Origin: a bacterium
GTDB taxonomy: Bacteria > UBA8248
Direction: 5' to 3'
Assembly: GCA_965204535.1 (NCBI GenBank)
Contig: OZ241996.1
Location: 160,001 to 224,000, forward strand
Length of the DNA: 64,000 bases
In this document: one piece after another, positions 60,109-64,000 of the stretch
Numbering within the stretch: the first letter of the stretch is position 1
How the letters are laid out: every line of letters begins with the position of its first letter
The notes under the pieces: generated by a model
Database searches by the model: none
What the model was told of the DNA's origin: nothing
Seen by the model: the letters and a program-made list of their open reading frames with translations, nothing else
Translations under genes and position numbers: made by a program

Positions 60109-60828
60109 CTACCGCCTCTTCTTTCTCCGGGCGGCTCTCTCCTCCGGCGCGAAAGTCCACCTCCGGGCGGAGGCCCACTTCTCGAGGTCTTCGAGCAGGT
60201 AGCGCACCCGGTATCCGGTGCGAAGAAAATCCGGCCCCTCGCCGCTCACGCGGTAGCGCTCGAGCGTCCTGGGCGAGAGGCCGAGCCAGGCGGCCGCCTC
60301 CCGCGTGTCCAGGCGGTTCTCCCCCGTGCGCTCATCGACGCCTCCCGCGGCCCCGGGTTCCACCGCGGCGTCCCACGTCCCGTCGAACGGATCGGGCAAG
60401 TCCGCGAGCCTCTCGCGTATGGCGCGGACCTCCTCTCGGGTCGCGCCCGCCGCCATCCAGGCGCGCACCCGGTCGAAGGTCCTGAGATACGGCGAGGCGC
60501 CCCGGCGCAGCCTTCCCACGAAGGAGGGGTTCCCCACGGCCTCCTCGCCCAGGATCGAGACCTTGGTCCCGCTCACCGCGAGAAACGCCTCGACCTCGGC
60601 CCGCAGGAGCGGTCCCAGGGACGGGTACCCCATGAACGCGAGCACCCGGTCCGCCGTGTCGACCCGCAGGGGCCGCCCCCGGGCCTGCAGTCCCACGAAG
60701 CCGGGAACCCCCGGCGCGCCCACCCCGAAGCGCCTCGCGCTCATCCCGCGGCGCGCGCGCCAGAGCGCAATGCTCCGGCGCAGCCGCTCGTCCAGCGGGG
60801 CGCCGGTATCGTCGTCGAACGCGGTCAT
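60109..60828 (-). CDS. Excisionase-like HTH protein with duplicated N-terminal domain
   Basis: LDTREAAAWLGLSPRTLERYR..G.GP.F...VRY...DLEKW; two P.FV..L..G...R.T.DRV..M repeats. Confidence 0.75.
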   Translation of the reverse strand: MTAFDDDTGAPLDERLRRSIALWRARRGMSARRFGVGAPGVPGFVGLQARGRPLRVDTADRVLAFMGYPSLGPLLRAEVEAFLAVSGTKVSILGEEAVGNPSFVGRLRRGASPYLRTFDRVRAWMAAGATREEVRAIRERLADLPDPFDGTWDAAVEPGAAGGVDERTGENRLDTREAAAWLGLSPRTLERYRVSGEGPDFLRTGYRVRYLLEDLEKWASARRWTFAPEERAARRKKRR

Positions 60829-61735
60829 GGCGCGCGAACATAAGGAAAGGACGAGCGCCCGTTCAATCGTTGTTTCCAGCGCGGAAGGTACACCCGGGAA
60901 GAGTCCGCGCCTGCGTCCGTGCGCGGGTCGCTCATCGGTTCAGCCTGAAATCAAGGGCGTTTCCCGGAAAACGAGGGTCGCCGGAGAACGCGCAGCGAGA
61001 CGCTACGGAAAAAAAGGAAGGACGCCGCCTCCCGGGCGAGAGCTCGAAAGCCTCTTTCGTTCACGCCGCAGTGGGCTGTTTCGCGAGTCGTCCCTGCGAA
61101 TGGCGGTGAACGGTATCTCGAACTGCCGCTGTTCGGGAACTTGCTGTTACGGCCTGGCTGAATGATTGGCTCGAGCGCTCACGGACGATAGCCCGCAGGG
61201 ATGCGCAGGGGTTATAATGAATCCGCTTGCGGCTTGATTACAGGCTCTGCGGGGCCGGTTCGGAATCGGTTCGGGATCAGGTCGGAAAATGAGTAAACTG
61301 AAATAATATCAATACGATAAAGGAATCCTGCACATGACGGAAAACGCCTAGCATTTCCAAATTCCTAGATAATACGATAAATTCACGGGGTTTTTCGATA
61401 AATTCCCGAAAATTTCTGACTATGCAAATGATTGTAATAAAAGGAGTTACCATATAAATCTGAGCGTTCCGCACTCAGATATGGCGCAAAAAAAAGTTTT
61501 TGGAACCCGCGCATTTGCCCGCAAGCGCCCGCATTTCCTCCCGCACCGCATCACGCCGGCAAAGCCTCATTCATCAATCGGCCTTGACCCCCGCATTCGC
61601 GCGCGATTGCCCGCCGTTGCGCACTCGCTCAGGGTATGCGCCGGGGGCGCAGGCGCAAGCGCCCGTCCATAGAGGATGTCATCCTTTTTCGGGCGCGCCG
61701 CTCCGGGGTGTGGCGCCATGAGCGGTTGAAACCGC

Positions 61736-62512
<777 letters not shown>

Positions 62513-62747
62513 TTGGTCGAACTCCTTTTGCGTTGCGTATGTGAGATTCCCCGTCCTGGGGAGAGGTACGTAAGCCCTGATTCGGCGAGAAGATAGCCTA
62601 TGGCGCGGCGTTCGTCATCCGGCGATGCGGCAGGCGGGATGATCGCCGGGGATCTCAGAACATTTTCTCGCGCCGGGTTCCCCGCCCGATCGATAGCGCA
62701 TCCCTAAATAAAGAAGAATCAGCGATTTGGAAGGCGGATCCGTGCTG

Positions 62748-62774
62748 TTAGCAGCCGAGCGGCTTGAGTGCTAG
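62748..62774 (+). promoter_or_regulatory. Degenerate CIRCE (HrcA operator), followed by a TTGACA promoter at 62781
   Basis: TTAGCAGCC-N9-GAGTGCTAG upstream of groES. Confidence 0.75.
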
Positions 62775-62923
62775 TAGCGCTTGACAAACATTCTCGTTTT
62801 CCATATACACTCGCTCAGATATATGGGGCTGTGTGTTCGGGTAGCGCTTTTCCCCGAAGACGACCCCGTAGTTCCAAGTTTTTGGTTCGCATGGCAACAA
62901 TTACAATCCATAAGGAGGAAGTG

Positions 62924-63226
62924 ATGGCAAAGACCAAAACCAGGATACAGCCTCTTCAGGATCGCATTTTGGTGAAGCGTCTGGATGAGGAAGAGGAACA
63001 GATCGGCGGGATCATCATCCCCGATTCCGCGAAAGAAAAACCCCAGGAGGGGGAAGTAATCGCCGTCGGCCCCGGCAAGGTGACCGATGACGGGAAACGG
63101 CAGGCGCCCGAAGTGGGCGAGGGCGACAAAATTCTTTTCGCCAAGTATGCGGGCACCGAGGTGAAGTCCGATGGCGAAGAGTATCTGATCATGCGCGAAG
63201 ACGATGTGCTGGCGGTCATCAACTAG
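62924..63226 (+). CDS. groES: Co-chaperonin GroES
   Basis: [38 protein letters not shown]. Confidence 0.97.
   Translation: MAKTKTRIQPLQDRILVKRLDEEEEQIGGIIIPDSAKEKPQEGEVIAVGPGKVTDDGKRQAPEVGEGDKILFAKYAGTEVKSDGEEYLIMREDDVLAVIN

Positions 63227-64000
<774 letters not shown>

Larger units (their letters stand above)
23089..61523. mobile_element. Putative ~38-kb integrative mobilizable element / defence island (boundaries tentative)
   Basis: Integrases at left, excisionase-like gene at right, relaxase, ssb; 15-bp direct repeat GCGCATTTGCCCGCA at 23089-23103 and 61509-61523; AT-rich zones just inside both ends. Confidence 0.6.

Overview
GC-rich bacterial chromosome segment. The abundant Sel1/TPR proteins, Calx-beta/cadherin autotransporter, TbpB-like lipoproteins and tandem integrases suggest a host-associated, possibly sponge-symbiont lineage (inference only). 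The left part (1-23 kb) holds housekeeping genes (aroB, pilM, M50 protease, LpoA-like lipoprotein, SDR, dusB, tsaD, ctpA). These are interrupted by three tandem IS1182 copies nested in palindromic REP-like repeats and IS1182-ended MITEs, a RES-Xre toxin-antitoxin pair, and a ~4-kb islet bounded by a 397-bp direct repeat of the ctpA 3' end. From ~23.1 to ~61.5 kb lies a ~38-kb integrative mobilizable element. Its backbone is two tandem tyrosine integrases, a MOBF/TrwC relaxase, candidate oriT plus RHH protein, an ssb-containing leading region with a long ssDNA-promoter-like hairpin, and an excisionase-like gene. Its cargo is IS256, a type II-C CRISPR-Cas9 locus in the order cas1-cas2-tracrRNA-cas9-array (23 repeats, 22 spacers), a DUF1778/GNAT TA pair, Lit protease, a DprA+PRTase (ShosTA-like) pair, tyrosinase, and a large autotransporter preceded by a 7-bp VNTR. 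The window ends with enoyl-CoA hydratase and CIRCE-groES-groEL. The most striking observation is that three of the four oldest CRISPR spacers are mutually homologous and look like sigma70 promoter/operator sequences in identical register. A second is a twice-occurring covarying intergenic structured motif in the ctpA islet.
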